This document shows, piece after piece, positions 19,185-30,031 of a stretch of DNA of 64,000 nucleotides. The DNA lies in NCBI GenBank assembly GCA_964621445.1, contig CAZUNO010000011.1:1-64000 (forward strand), written 5' to 3'. Each line of letters opens with the position of its first letter. Within the stretch, counting starts at the first letter, position 1. Source of the stretch: Candidatus Hadarchaeota archaeon. GTDB lineage: Archaea > CAYQAE01 > CAYVLA01. The position numbers and the translations under genes are program-made. The notes below the pieces were generated by a model. That model had not been told where the DNA came from, searched no databases, and saw only the letters and a program-made list of their open reading frames with translations.

Positions 19185-21155
19185 ATGGCAAAAACAATCG
19201 AGTCTCTGATGAAGGAGAAGAGGGTCTTTGAACCCTCCGAGGAAATTGTAGAACAGAGCAATGTCAAGGAGTTCATGGACGAACACGGCATAGAGACCGT
19301 GGAAGAGCTTTACGAGAAGGCCCAGGACCAGGAATGGTTCTGGGGAGAGCTGGCCAAGGAACTCGACTGGCACGAGGACTGGGACACGGTTCTTTCCGGA
19401 GAGGCGCCCTACTTCAAGTGGTTCGAGGGCGGAAAGACCAACATAGTCCACAACGCCCTGGACAGGCACATAAATGATGGAAAGGCTGACAAGATAGCCT
19501 ATATATGGGAGGGCGAGCTGGGCGAGGTCAGGAAGATAACCTACGGCGAGCTCAATAAGGAGGTCAACAGGCTGGCCAACGGGCTGAAGAGCCTGGGCAT
19601 AGAGAAGGGGGACCGGGTGGGAATCTACCTACCCATGATACCCGAACTGCCCATGGCCATGTTGGCCTGTGCCAAGATCGGGGCCGTTCACTCCGTGGTC
19701 TTCTCCGGATTCAGTCCCAAGGCCCTCCAGGACCGCCTGGTTGACGCGGAGTCCGTGGCCCTGATAACCGGGGACGGATACTACCGAAAGGGCTCCCCCC
19801 TGAACCTCAAGGAGAAGGCTGACGAGGCCATAGATGGTTCCCCCACGGTTGAGAACGTGGTCGTGGTCAACCGCATGGGTGACGAACTGGACGTTGATAT
19901 GACCGATGGACGGGACGTATGGTGGCATGAACTCGCCGAGGACAAATCCGAACAGTGCGAGACCGAGGTTATGGACGCTCGAGACCTGCTTTTCCTGATG
20001 TACACCTCGGGTACCACCGGAAAACCGAAGGGCGTCATGCACGTCCACGGAGGTTACCAGGTGGGTACCTCGCAGACCCTTAAGTTCGTATTCGACCTCA
20101 AGGAGGACGACATCTGGTGGTGCGCGGCCGACATAGGATGGATTACCGGTCACAGCTACATCGTTTACGGCCCGCTGATACTGGGAGTGACCTCGGTTCT
20201 CTACGAGGGCGCGCCGACCTATCCGGAGCCCGACAGGATCTGGGACATGGTGAGCAAGTACAACGTGTCGGTGTTCTACACCTCACCCACCGCCATCCGG
20301 CTTTTCATGCGCTACGGCGAGGAGTGGCCCGATAAGCACGATCTGAGCTCGCTGAGGCTCCTGGGTTCGGTGGGTGAACCCATCAACCCAGAGGCCTGGA
20401 TCTGGTATCACAAGGTGATAGGGCAGGAGAAATGCCCCATAATGGACACCTGGTGGCAGACCGAAACCGGGCAGTTCATAATCACCCCTCTTCCTGTTAC
20501 CCCGCTGAAGCCGGGCTCGGCGACAAAGCCGTTCCCGAGTCTGGACGCCGCCGTTTACGACGACGATGCCAACCCGGTGACCGGACAGGGAGGCAACCTG
20601 GTGATCACCAAGCCTTGGCCCGCCATGCTGGCCGGTCTGTACAAGGAGGAGGAAAGGTACAAGAGGACCTACTGGTCCAGGTTCCCGGGAGTCTACCTGG
20701 CCGGTGATGTGGCCAGGGTTGACGAGGACGGCTATTTCTGGGTGCAGGGAAGATCCGACGACGTCCTGAACGTCGCCGGGCACAGGATAGGCACCGCCGA
20801 GGTTGAGTCTGCCCTGGTTTCACATCCCAAGGTCGCCGAGGCTGCCGTGGTCGGCAAGCCGGACCCGGTTAAGGGCCAGACCATACAGGCCTTCGTTATC
20901 CTGGTCGAGGGATGGGGGCCCGGCGAGGATGTAAAGAAGGAGCTGGTCAAGCACGTATCCAAGGAGATCAGCCCCATCGCAAGGCCCCAGAACATAACCT
21001 TCGTCCCCGACCTGCCCAAGACCCGTAGCGGTAAGATAATGCGCAGGGTTATGGCCTCCCTGGTAAAGGGAGAGTCACCCGGCGACGTTACCACCCTACG
21101 GAACCCGGAGATCGTGGAAGAGGTAAAGAGGCTCATCGAGGAAGAGCAGCAATAG
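19185..21155 (+). CDS. acs: Acetyl-CoA synthetase (AMP-forming)
   Basis: [35 protein letters not shown] and [11 protein letters not shown] motifs. Confidence 0.97.
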   Translation: MAKTIESLMKEKRVFEPSEEIVEQSNVKEFMDEHGIETVEELYEKAQDQEWFWGELAKELDWHEDWDTVLSGEAPYFKWFEGGKTNIVHNALDRHINDGKADKIAYIWEGELGEVRKITYGELNKEVNRLANGLKSLGIEKGDRVGIYLPMIPELPMAMLACAKIGAVHSVVFSGFSPKALQDRLVDAESVALITGDGYYRKGSPLNLKEKADEAIDGSPTVENVVVVNRMGDELDVDMTDGRDVWWHELAEDKSEQCETEVMDARDLLFLMYTSGTTGKPKGVMHVHGGYQVGTSQTLKFVFDLKEDDIWWCAADIGWITGHSYIVYGPLILGVTSVLYEGAPTYPEPDRIWDMVSKYNVSVFYTSPTAIRLFMRYGEEWPDKHDLSSLRLLGSVGEPINPEAWIWYHKVIGQEKCPIMDTWWQTETGQFIITPLPVTPLKPGSATKPFPSLDAAVYDDDANPVTGQGGNLVITKPWPAMLAGLYKEEERYKRTYWSRFPGVYLAGDVARVDEDGYFWVQGRSDDVLNVAGHRIGTAEVESALVSHPKVAEAAVVGKPDPVKGQTIQAFVILVEGWGPGEDVKKELVKHVSKEISPIARPQNITFVPDLPKTRSGKIMRRVMASLVKGESPGDVTTLRNPEIVEEVKRLIEEEQQ

Positions 21156-21169
21156 AAATCCATCGTTTT

Positions 21170-21217
21170 TTCGGGGCGATCCCCGGGGCGTTACTTTTTT
21201 TGCCCCGGGGGACCGAA
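21170..21217 (+). terminator. GC-rich hairpin with T-tracts after acs
   Basis: CCCCGGGGC(G) pairs with (T)GCCCCGGGG, outer TTCGG/CCGAA; T-runs before the stem and in the loop. Confidence 0.45.
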
Positions 21218-21317
21218 CTATTTAAAAAGTCAAGCCGGGAACTCGGCGCAAATAGGCCTAGTACGTACTAGCGATCATACTGACCCAGAATAATTGGGTT
21301 CGGCCGGCGGTGAATGC

Positions 21318-22217
21318 TTGTCACAGCAAACGGAAGATGAATCTGAACTTCCCTCCTTCTTGGACGTCACTCGGATATCATGGAAGCAAATGCTAATCAT
21401 ACCCATGCTATTTCTGGCCCTTAACCTATCGGTTCTGGTCCTGAATTACGTGGAAACCGGGAAGTTCGTCCACTACGGGATAGACTTCACCGGCGGGACC
21501 CTGATCAGCTTCCCCAACTGCTACGAGCTGGGTCCCGGCGAGATTAAGGATGAGCTGGAAACCGAGCTGGAGCTGGAAGAGGTATCTGTGAGGAAGGGAG
21601 GGGGCACCCTGAACGTGGAGACCCCCGGCGGGGAGCAGGATATCATGAACTACATGATGGAGAACTACGGGAAGACGGGGACCAGCGATACCCTGGACGT
21701 ACCCCTGGCCGAGACGTTCAAGAAACAGGCTCCCGTGGTGCTCTTCGCGGCCTTCGCGGGCATGGCCATCGTGGTTTACGTGGTCTTTCGTTCGCCTTTG
21801 CCCTCCATAGCGGTTCTAGCGGCCGCCATTCTGGACATTACCGGAGCCATGGGCCTCATGACCCTTTTCGGGGTAAGGATGTCCTTGGCCACGGTTGCCT
21901 CGCTCCTGATGCTCATCGGGTACTCGGTGGACACCAACATCCTGCTAACCTCCAGGATGCTGAAAAGGCGGGAGGATCTAAAGGACCGGCTACAGGGGGC
22001 CCTGAAGACCGGCCTGACCATGAGCGCCACCACCATATGCGCGGTGTCCGCCCTCTACATCTTCTCGACCTCCGACGTGCTGGACTCCATTGCACTGGTG
22101 CTCATATTTGGACTGGTGGCCGACCTCATGAATACCTGGCTTTTCAATGGGGGCCTCCTCCGGTGGTACCTGGAGAGGAAGTTCAGCCTCCTGCGCAGGA
22201 GGGGTAGAAGGAGATGA
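21318..22217 (+). CDS. secF: Protein translocase subunit SecF
   Basis: GIDFTGGT and LLMLIGYSVDTNILLT motifs; GGTGA before the TTG at 21318. Confidence 0.93.
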   Translation: MSQQTEDESELPSFLDVTRISWKQMLIIPMLFLALNLSVLVLNYVETGKFVHYGIDFTGGTLISFPNCYELGPGEIKDELETELELEEVSVRKGGGTLNVETPGGEQDIMNYMMENYGKTGTSDTLDVPLAETFKKQAPVVLFAAFAGMAIVVYVVFRSPLPSIAVLAAAILDITGAMGLMTLFGVRMSLATVASLLMLIGYSVDTNILLTSRMLKRREDLKDRLQGALKTGLTMSATTICAVSALYIFSTSDVLDSIALVLIFGLVADLMNTWLFNGGLLRWYLERKFSLLRRRGRRR

Positions 22218-24337
22218 GGATAAGGAACGAGCTCCTCAGGGACTGGAGGGTCCTGCTGCTAATAGCGGTGGACCTCATGGCCATCTTCGCGGTCCTCCCA
22301 AGGGTGGGCCGGTACTCGACCGATCTGGCCCTCACGGACGTCAATTCATCTTTAATCGTCAAGGATCTAATGGAATCGGAGTACGATAACGTAACCCACC
22401 TGTTCACCCAAAGCAGGACCGGGGAGAGCATTCAGGGATATTCCTTCGATCTATACTCAGCCCAGGAGTACAGGGACCTGGTCGGCGACCTGGACCTGCT
22501 GCTGACCGGGATGATGCCCAGGGACCGGGAGCCCCAGGTTTCCATCACCGCCATGACCCACGTAGAGGCCAATGTAACGGTTAGTGACCAGGACGTGATG
22601 ATAACCTACCTTGAGGACGGTATGGGAGTCAAGGTCACCTCGGTGTCGGTTACCGGGGAGGCCCTGAACCTCCGCCTTAACCAGAAGGTGGACAGGGCCA
22701 ACCTCACCCAGCTACTGGGAACCAAGGCCAGGATAGAGAGCTTCGAGACCCCCAGAAGCCTGAAGACCAATCTTAAGATGGGCATCGATTTTCTGGGCGG
22801 GTTCTACTACAACGTCAAGCCGGTGGGCGTTACCTGGGAGACCCAGGCCAAGGCCTCGAACATAACCCCCAGCCTGGCCTCCGATTTCTTTGCCCAGCCC
22901 GCCGAGCTGAAGGACCAGACCGGCTCCATAATCACCATCGAGGTCCAGAACCCGGAGAACGTGACCCAGGCAGACTTCATGAGGTACATAGTCGATGACT
23001 TCTTCTCCACCTACCCCAGCCTGAGGCGGGTGGATTTCAACTTCAATAACGCCAGCTCCGATATCGTGATGAACGCCAGCAACGTGAATGCACTCCGAGC
23101 GGTTCTCAACCGCACCCTGTCCGAGAGGTGGGACGTGGTCGGAGGCAGCGAGGAGAGCGGGATGTTCACCGTGGAGGGCAAGGGCTCGGAGGCCACCCGC
23201 CAGGAGATCGAGGCCAACGTCAGCGATTACCTCCAGGTCCTGGACTACGAGTCCAAGGTCTCCTCGGAAACCATGTCCGAGGTGGAGAAGATGATCAGGT
23301 CCAGGTCAAACTTCCTGGGAGTCTCCGACGTCAGGATCAAGAGGGCCGGCAACGAGTACATAATGGTGGAGTCCCCGGAGAGAATCGCCAAGGGGAGCTC
23401 CATACTACAGCCCATAGATTTCGAGGCCAGGTTCTGGACGTCTGAAAACGAGACCGTCCTAGCCTTCGGGGCCCAGGATGTGGCCAGGGTGGAGCACTTC
23501 TACTACTCCGGCGACGGCTGGGCGGTGCCCCTAACCCTGAAGTCGGGCTCCTCCAAGAGGGTCAGGGACCTGGCCGAGCAGGTGGGTGCCATCAGCGAGG
23601 ACGCCGAGGTGCGGGACCAACACCGCCTGGGCATGTTCTTCAACGGGGTTGAGGTCTATAACGCCTCCTTCTCCGAGGGACTGGCTGCCACCATGCGCGA
23701 GGAACCTGCGGCCATGTTCCTGGCCATAACCGGTGGACCCCAGGAGAACGAGCAGGCCAGAAAGAGGGCCGAGGAGCTCTACATCAACCTGGAGGCATCC
23801 TTCCCCACCAAGCTCAGAACGGCAGGAGAGGGGGAGATACCCCCGGTCCTGGGGAGGGACTTCTCCAGACAGGTCGCGGCCGCCGCGACGGCGGCGTTGA
23901 TAGCGGTTTCCATGGTCATATACATAAGATACAGGCGTCCCAAGCTGGTGCTGGCCATCCTCACCGTGAGTCTGAGCGAGATCCTGATAATTCTAGGATT
24001 CTCAGTGCTCATCGGCTGGTACCTGGACCTGGCCAGCGTGGCGGCAATTATCGCGGTCATGGGTACCGGGGTCGACCACCAAATAGTTATTACCGATGAG
24101 GCCGTTCACAAGGGCAGGGGAAGAAAGAGATTGGTAATAGCCACCAGGATATCCCGGGCATTCTTCATCATATTCACAGCGGCAGCCACCACCATAATAG
24201 CCATGTCACCCCTGGCCTACGTGGGCCTGGGAAGACTTAGGGGCTTTGCGGTGGTCACCATCGTGGGTGTCCTGGCCGGCATACTGGTAACCAGGCCTGC
24301 CTACGGCAGGATCGTCAGACGGGTAATAGGTGGGTGA
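22214..24337 (+). CDS. secD: Protein translocase subunit SecD with a long extracytoplasmic domain
   Basis: LKMGIDFLGG, GTGVDHQIVITDE, LRGFA and TRPAY motifs. Confidence 0.92.
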   Translation: MRIRNELLRDWRVLLLIAVDLMAIFAVLPRVGRYSTDLALTDVNSSLIVKDLMESEYDNVTHLFTQSRTGESIQGYSFDLYSAQEYRDLVGDLDLLLTGMMPRDREPQVSITAMTHVEANVTVSDQDVMITYLEDGMGVKVTSVSVTGEALNLRLNQKVDRANLTQLLGTKARIESFETPRSLKTNLKMGIDFLGGFYYNVKPVGVTWETQAKASNITPSLASDFFAQPAELKDQTGSIITIEVQNPENVTQADFMRYIVDDFFSTYPSLRRVDFNFNNASSDIVMNASNVNALRAVLNRTLSERWDVVGGSEESGMFTVEGKGSEATRQEIEANVSDYLQVLDYESKVSSETMSEVEKMIRSRSNFLGVSDVRIKRAGNEYIMVESPERIAKGSSILQPIDFEARFWTSENETVLAFGAQDVARVEHFYYSGDGWAVPLTLKSGSSKRVRDLAEQVGAISEDAEVRDQHRLGMFFNGVEVYNASFSEGLAATMREEPAAMFLAITGGPQENEQARKRAEELYINLEASFPTKLRTAGEGEIPPVLGRDFSRQVAAAATAALIAVSMVIYIRYRRPKLVLAILTVSLSEILIILGFSVLIGWYLDLASVAAIIAVMGTGVDHQIVITDEAVHKGRGRKRLVIATRISRAFFIIFTAAATTIIAMSPLAYVGLGRLRGFAVVTIVGVLAGILVTRPAYGRIVRRVIGG

Positions 24338-25029
24338 ATACATTGTATGTGGTTGTAGTTGGCGCCGGTCGCATAGGGTACAACCTGGCCAGGATTCTCA
24401 TAGAGGGGGGTAACGAGGTTACACTCATCGAGAAGGACGAGAGGAGGGTGCGAGAGGTGGGATCCCTGGACGCCTACGTCCTCCACGGCATGGGCACCAA
24501 CCCGGCGGCCCTGGAGTCCCTGAACATCGAGACCGCGGACGCCATAGTTGCGGTCACCGGGGACGACTCTGTGAACCTGGCATCCTGCCTGATCGCCAAG
24601 AGGATCGTGGCCAGGGACCGGAACGGCAGGGACCGACCGTTCATGACCGTGGCCCGGGTATCCAACATCGAGATGGAGAGGATTTTCCAGGAGCTGGGTG
24701 TGGACAGGGTAATAAGCCCCGAGAAGGCGGCCGCCGAATATATATCCCGGCTCATTAGGAGCCCCGGCGTGGAGGACGTGACAGCCATGGGGCAGGCGGA
24801 GATGTTGGAACTGCAGATAGACGAGGACTCACCGGTTATCGGGAAGACCCTGGCCGAGATGTCGGCCATCGGTGACATGTCCACCAGCACCGTAGTGGCC
24901 CTAATAGAGGACGGCGACCTGATAATACCCCACGGGGATACCACCCTGAAGGCGGGGATGAAGGTGCTTCTGTTCACCAAGATAGAGGAGTCTAGAAAGG
25001 CGAGAAATCTATTCCTGGGCTTTGAATAG
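24334..25029 (+). CDS. trkA: TrkA-family K+ uptake regulatory subunit
   Basis: GAGRIG Rossmann motif, TGDDSVN, TrkA-C domain (IIPHGDTTL). Confidence 0.9.
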   Translation: MNTLYVVVVGAGRIGYNLARILIEGGNEVTLIEKDERRVREVGSLDAYVLHGMGTNPAALESLNIETADAIVAVTGDDSVNLASCLIAKRIVARDRNGRDRPFMTVARVSNIEMERIFQELGVDRVISPEKAAAEYISRLIRSPGVEDVTAMGQAEMLELQIDEDSPVIGKTLAEMSAIGDMSTSTVVALIEDGDLIIPHGDTTLKAGMKVLLFTKIEESRKARNLFLGFE

Positions 25030-25084
25030 GAAAGAGTAAATAGGTGACCAGGGCTATCCCGGGATTGAAGGAGGTCCATTTAAT

Positions 25085-25558
25085 TTGGTTTCAGAAGAAG
25101 TCATAGCCGCGCTTGCCATTGGTCTCGCGGTGACCATTCCCGGCATAATGTCAGCTATCAGCGTTTCAACGGTGGGTGTGGCCGCAGCGGGCCTGGTCTC
25201 CGAGGAACCAAAGAAGTTTTCCAAGGCCTTTATCCTGGAGATCCTGCCCGGAACCCAGGGTTTCTATGGTTTCATAGGCGGTATGCTGGTCATGATAGCT
25301 CTCGACTGGTTGGGTGGTAGTCCACCCCCCCTGGCAGAAGGCATGGGGCTGACGGTCCTGGTGGCTGCGGTGCCCGCGATTCTACAGGGCTTCACGTCCT
25401 ACTACCAGGGACTGGTGGCCACTGCCGGTGTTTCCTCGATCGCCAAGAAGGAGGAGACATTTGGAAGCTGTGTGCTGATGTCGGTAATGGTGGAGACCTA
25501 CGCCATTCTCGGTTTCCTCAGCACTTTTCTCCTGTTGATAGGCCTTCAAATATGGTAA
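25085..25558 (+). CDS. atpK: A/V-type ATP synthase proteolipid subunit K (c), 4 TM
   Basis: LPGTQGFYG, YQG and VETYAILG motifs as in NtpK-type c subunits. Confidence 0.93.
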   Translation: MVSEEVIAALAIGLAVTIPGIMSAISVSTVGVAAAGLVSEEPKKFSKAFILEILPGTQGFYGFIGGMLVMIALDWLGGSPPPLAEGMGLTVLVAAVPAILQGFTSYYQGLVATAGVSSIAKKEETFGSCVLMSVMVETYAILGFLSTFLLLIGLQIW

Positions 25559-25576
25559 GGCCGGGTCCCCAGGAGC

Positions 25577-25909
25577 ATGCCGGAGAGTGACCACTTGGAA
25601 GACGAACTTGAGCTAGTTTTCGAGGCCGAGAAAAAGGTCGAGAATATCGTTTCGGAGGCCGAAGGTAAGGCCAGAAGACTGAAGTCCGAGGCTGAGTCGG
25701 AGGCCGAGGAGATCGTTTCCCGGTTCCGGGAGGAGGCTGAGTCGGAGGCCGAGGAGATGATCTCGGAGAAGGTCTCCCAGGCCCAGGAGAAGGGCCAGGA
25801 GCTCCGCCGAAAGCACGAGTACAGGATATCAAAGATGGAAATGGCCGCGAAGTCCAACATGGAGGAGGCGGTCGACATCATAATCAATTCCGTTATAGAG
25901 GAGAGCTAG
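25577..25909 (+). CDS. atpH: A/V-type ATP synthase subunit H (G)
   Basis: Charged helical protein with EAE repeats at the operon position before subunit I. Confidence 0.8.
   Translation: MPESDHLEDELELVFEAEKKVENIVSEAEGKARRLKSEAESEAEEIVSRFREEAESEAEEMISEKVSQAQEKGQELRRKHEYRISKMEMAAKSNMEEAVDIIINSVIEES
25688..25758 (+). repeat. 26-nt perfect direct repeat, 45-nt period, within atpH
   Basis: GAGGCTGAGTCGGAGGCCGAGGAGAT at 25688 and 25733, encoding EAESEAEE twice. Confidence 0.8.
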
Positions 25910-25910
25910 T

Positions 25911-27980
25911 TTGTTCAAGCCGAGGTCCATGAGCAAGGTAAGTATTCTTCTTCTCGACCAGGACCTGGAGCGGTTTACCCGCGAGGCCCAGGAGAGGGGT
26001 TTGCTCCAGTTTACCGAGTCACCCTCCGTGGAGTCCATGGAGAGGCAGGATGTCCGCGACATGCGGAGCAGGATCGCGGACCTGCAGTCCAAGGTGGACA
26101 GGGCCGTTTCGGTGCTCGAGGATGCCCGGGAGGAGAAGGCCGAGGCCGGTGGCATGTCCCAGCGACTTAAGGGCATGGTAGGTATCCAGGAGCCACCGGA
26201 GCCCCTGGAGCTTGAGTTCGGATCCGTGGAAGACCAGACCGAGTGGTGCTCCTCCAAGGTGGAGGACATACACGAGGAGGTCCAGAGATTCGGCAACACA
26301 ATGGAGAGGATAGCCGATCAGAGATCCAAGCTGGAGGCCGCCCTGGGACTGATCAGGGAGATGCTCCCGGTGAAGGTGCCCCTGAGCAGGTTCCGGGAGT
26401 CGGACCTGACCTCCACCTTCTTCTTTCACCTGCCCTCGGAGACCGTCGAGCCCCTGACCCAGGCCTGCAAGGACAACCTGGACCCGGTCCACGTTACCGT
26501 GGTCTCGGGAACGGCAACCGTCCTGGTCATGGCCATGTGTCTGGAGGAGGACAGGAACAGGCTTCTAACCCAGATACACCGTTTCGAGGGCGAGATCATA
26601 GAGCTGCCCTCCTATGACGGCAGGCCGAGAGAGATTGAGGAGGACATTCTCTCCGAGCTAGAGGAACTCGAGGAGGAGAGGTCGGAGGTCACGGACAGGA
26701 TATACACCATAGCGGCCGAGAGGCTGGACGATCTCAAGATAACCCAGGAGGTCCTGGGGATAGAGGAGGAGAGGCTCGAGACCCTAGAGATGCTTTCCAG
26801 AACCGAGAGCGTTGTCTACGTCAGGGGATGGGTCCCAGAGGACGAGCTCCGTGAACTGGACGAGCTGGTGTCCAGAACCACCAGCGGAAGGTACGTGCTC
26901 AGGAGCGATTCCGAATTCGAGGAGGGGGAGGACCCGCCGACCGACCTGGACAACCCGGGGGTTTTCTCCAGCTTCGAGTGGATAACCAAGATGTACGGCA
27001 TGCCCAACTACGGCGAGGTCGATCCCACCATCTTCGTGGCCCCCACTTTTGCCGTGTTTTTCGGCACCTGTCTCACCGATGCCGGTTACGGGATCATCCT
27101 GGCCCTGGTGAGCTTCCTGGTTTTGAGGAAGGCCTGGGGCAAGGAACTGGGAACCGCCTTCACCCTGTGCGGCTTGGGCACGGTGCTGATGGGCTGGCTC
27201 ACCGGGGGCTGGTTCGGTAATATACTTTACAGCGGTCAGTACGGATATGGACCGCAGCTCGCCTTTTTCAAGGCTCCCTGGATAGATCCCATAGAGGATC
27301 CCGTTTCGCTGCTGGTTTTGGCCCTCATGATGGGGATTGTCCACCTCATGCTGGGGCACGCCACGGCCATCATGTCCTCCCACCGGAAGGGCAATCTGGT
27401 CCAGGGCCTCATAACCCATATCGGGTGGCTGTTAACCCTTTCATTTGGAAGCATATTCATAACCTGGTACCTGGAGATCACCACCGCCAACGCCTTCTGG
27501 AGGACTATAAGCACCTGGGGGACCGGCATAGGGGCCTCCATGGGGATAATCGGATACATACTGGAAAGGGAGGGGAGCGCCATGGTGGCCAGCATTCCCC
27601 AGTTTCTATACGACATACTTTCGCACATAGCGGACGTTATCTCATACTCCAGGCTCCTGGCCCTGGGCATTTCAACCGGGGTCAACGCCCTTCTAATAGA
27701 CTATATCGTGGTTGACATAGCCTGGCCCAGCCTGAGCTCCGGAGCCGGGGCGGGGGAGATAGCGATATTTGCCCTGGTCAGCGTGGCCCTGGCCCTGGGA
27801 TTCGTGGTCCTCCACCTGGTAAACATGGCCCTCAACTGTCTCACCGGGTTCGTACACACCATGAGGCTGGAGTTCGCCGAGTATTTCGGTAAGTTCTACG
27901 AGGGGAACGGGGATGAGTTCAGTCCTCTCAAGGCCGAGAGAACCCTCACCAAGAGTGCCAATCCGGGGGGCGGGAACTGA
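25911..27980 (+). CDS. atpI: A/V-type ATP synthase subunit I (a)
   Basis: GWVP, PPT, YGMPNYGEVDPT, DAGYG, SYSRLLAL and RLEFAEYFGKFY motifs. Confidence 0.95.
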   Translation: MFKPRSMSKVSILLLDQDLERFTREAQERGLLQFTESPSVESMERQDVRDMRSRIADLQSKVDRAVSVLEDAREEKAEAGGMSQRLKGMVGIQEPPEPLELEFGSVEDQTEWCSSKVEDIHEEVQRFGNTMERIADQRSKLEAALGLIREMLPVKVPLSRFRESDLTSTFFFHLPSETVEPLTQACKDNLDPVHVTVVSGTATVLVMAMCLEEDRNRLLTQIHRFEGEIIELPSYDGRPREIEEDILSELEELEEERSEVTDRIYTIAAERLDDLKITQEVLGIEEERLETLEMLSRTESVVYVRGWVPEDELRELDELVSRTTSGRYVLRSDSEFEEGEDPPTDLDNPGVFSSFEWITKMYGMPNYGEVDPTIFVAPTFAVFFGTCLTDAGYGIILALVSFLVLRKAWGKELGTAFTLCGLGTVLMGWLTGGWFGNILYSGQYGYGPQLAFFKAPWIDPIEDPVSLLVLALMMGIVHLMLGHATAIMSSHRKGNLVQGLITHIGWLLTLSFGSIFITWYLEITTANAFWRTISTWGTGIGASMGIIGYILEREGSAMVASIPQFLYDILSHIADVISYSRLLALGISTGVNALLIDYIVVDIAWPSLSSGAGAGEIAIFALVSVALALGFVVLHLVNMALNCLTGFVHTMRLEFAEYFGKFYEGNGDEFSPLKAERTLTKSANPGGGN

Positions 27981-28591
27981 TGACCACCGGTCTGGATGCC
28001 ATCCGGGAGACAATAATCCGGCAGGGCGAGGAGAAGGCCGAGGCCATGATCCGCGAGGCCGAGGAGGAGAAGGAGAAGACCCTCGACCAGGCCCAGGAAC
28101 GGGCCGAGGAGGAAAGGCAGAGGATATTGGAGGAGGCCAAACCTAGGGCCCGTACCAGGTACGAGGAGAAGCTAGGCTCCATAAGGAGCGAACTGAAGAG
28201 GAAGCTGCTGATAAAGAGGGAGGAGCTGATCGACAAGGCCTGGAGAAGGGCCGAGGACGAGTTAAAAAAATACGTGAAGAGCGACGAGTATTTGGAGGAC
28301 CTGAAATCCATGGTGGTCTCTGCCGCCGCCCAGATAGAGGCAGATTCATACCGGGTATCTGCCAGGCCCGATGACCTGGAGAGGCTCGAGGAAATGAAGA
28401 AGGAGATCGAGGACCAGCTGGGAGATCCGGAGATGGTCCTGGGGGAGGAATTGGATTGTATCGGGGGCGTCAAGGTCTCGGACCCGGAGGGGAGAATAGT
28501 CCTGGACCGTACCTACGACTCGAGAATGAGCCGCATGAAAGCCGAGCTCAGGCCCAAGCTGGCCAAAATACTCACCGAGGGGGCCGATTGA
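27980..28591 (+). CDS. atpE: A/V-type ATP synthase subunit E
   Basis: N-terminal coiled coil, IGGVKV...LDRTYDSR; operon position. Confidence 0.9.
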   Translation: MTTGLDAIRETIIRQGEEKAEAMIREAEEEKEKTLDQAQERAEEERQRILEEAKPRARTRYEEKLGSIRSELKRKLLIKREELIDKAWRRAEDELKKYVKSDEYLEDLKSMVVSAAAQIEADSYRVSARPDDLERLEEMKKEIEDQLGDPEMVLGEELDCIGGVKVSDPEGRIVLDRTYDSRMSRMKAELRPKLAKILTEGAD

Positions 28592-29709
28592 TGGTGGGGT
28601 ACGAGCTACCCCTGATAATTGGAGGGATCGCGGCGGTCTCGGTGGCGGTTGCCAGCAAGGCCCGTTCCGTGACCCCCTACGCCTACATAATGGCCAAGAT
28701 GCGGGCCTGGGAATCCAGGATGCTGAGCGATGCCAAGATGAGATCCCTGTCGGAGTCCGGTTCGATCCCTGATTTCATAAACGGCCTCCGGGATACCGAC
28801 TACCAGGAGGACCTGGAGGGTCAGGAGGAGGAGGTCGAGATGGTGGAGAGGGCGCTTTCCCGGCACCTGCTGGACACCTACCAGGAGATATTTCCCCTTC
28901 TCCCCGAGGAGACCCGGGATTTCTTTCAAAAGTTTTCAGAAAGGCTGGACATGGGGAACCTCTCCCTGGTGGTTCAGGCGGCCGCGGGCCGGGTTGATCG
29001 GGATGTAGTGGTCTCCCATCTGGTGGACGGGGTATCATTCAGACGGGAAAGGCTGGAGGTGATGTCCGGGAGCGAGGGGATCGAGGAACTGGTGGAACAT
29101 CTCAGCGAGACCTCATATTACCAGGACCTGAGGCCCTACCTGGAGCCCGGGGAGGGGGATGCTCAGGAGCTCATGCGGGCCATCAGGCACTCATTCTACG
29201 TTTCACTGTGGAGAAAGAGCCAGGAACTGGGCCGGAAGAACCGGTCCATAGCCAGGGACCTGGTCGGCCTGGAGATAGACCTGGAGAACGTCAAGCTGAT
29301 CCTCAGGCTCAAGCTGAACCAGCTGCCGGCCGATGTGATAATGAAGAACGTGATACCCGTGGACTGCAACCTGACCCAGGACCTCCTTCGGAGCTGTGCC
29401 CAGGCCGAGGACCTGGAGGAGGTCAAGTCCGTGCTGCTAAAGAGCCCCCTGAGGTCGATCCTGGGGGAGGTTTTCGAGTCGGCCAGGGACCAGGTGGCGG
29501 AGGTGGAGAGGCTGTTGCAGGAAGCCCTGCTGAATCACGGAAAGATGCTCTCCCTTTCCAAGCCGCTGACCATAGCCACCCCTCTTTTCTTCCTGTACCA
29601 GAAGCATGCAGAGGTCCAGAACCTGAGGGGCGTGGCCAGGGGTGTGGCCGATGGCCTGGAAAGCGAGGATATAGAACGAACACTGGTGGGGTCGGGCAAA
29701 ATTGAGTGA
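28591..29709 (+). CDS. atpC: A/V-type ATP synthase subunit C (d)
   Basis: YAYIMAKMRA, EIDLENVKLILR and EVQNLR motifs; ATG at 28591. Confidence 0.9.
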   Translation: MVGYELPLIIGGIAAVSVAVASKARSVTPYAYIMAKMRAWESRMLSDAKMRSLSESGSIPDFINGLRDTDYQEDLEGQEEEVEMVERALSRHLLDTYQEIFPLLPEETRDFFQKFSERLDMGNLSLVVQAAAGRVDRDVVVSHLVDGVSFRRERLEVMSGSEGIEELVEHLSETSYYQDLRPYLEPGEGDAQELMRAIRHSFYVSLWRKSQELGRKNRSIARDLVGLEIDLENVKLILRLKLNQLPADVIMKNVIPVDCNLTQDLLRSCAQAEDLEEVKSVLLKSPLRSILGEVFESARDQVAEVERLLQEALLNHGKMLSLSKPLTIATPLFFLYQKHAEVQNLRGVARGVADGLESEDIERTLVGSGKIE

Positions 29710-30031
29710 GGTCGTGGTCATAGGGGATCGGGACACGGTAACCGGGTTCCGCCTGGCCGGGATAGAGGGGACCCAGGTGGGCGAGAATGCTAACGAGATA
29801 CGGGATTTCATTCAGAGGTCTCTGGATAGGGACGTGGGAATAGTAATCATAACCAGGTCAAGGGCAGATATGGTTAGAGAATACCTGGACAGGGTCAGAA
29901 GGGAGAGGGCCCTGGTTAAGCCCGTTTTCGTGGAGATACCAGACAAGGGAGGATCACCGGAGGAGGGGAGACTGGAACATCTCATAAAGAGGGTTCTGGG
30001 AACCGAAGTATCATTGGAGTCGATAGGATGA
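29702..30031 (+). CDS. atpF: A/V-type ATP synthase subunit F
   Basis: [16 protein letters not shown] and VEIPDKGG motifs. Confidence 0.93.
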   Translation: MSEVVVIGDRDTVTGFRLAGIEGTQVGENANEIRDFIQRSLDRDVGIVIITRSRADMVREYLDRVRRERALVKPVFVEIPDKGGSPEEGRLEHLIKRVLGTEVSLESIG

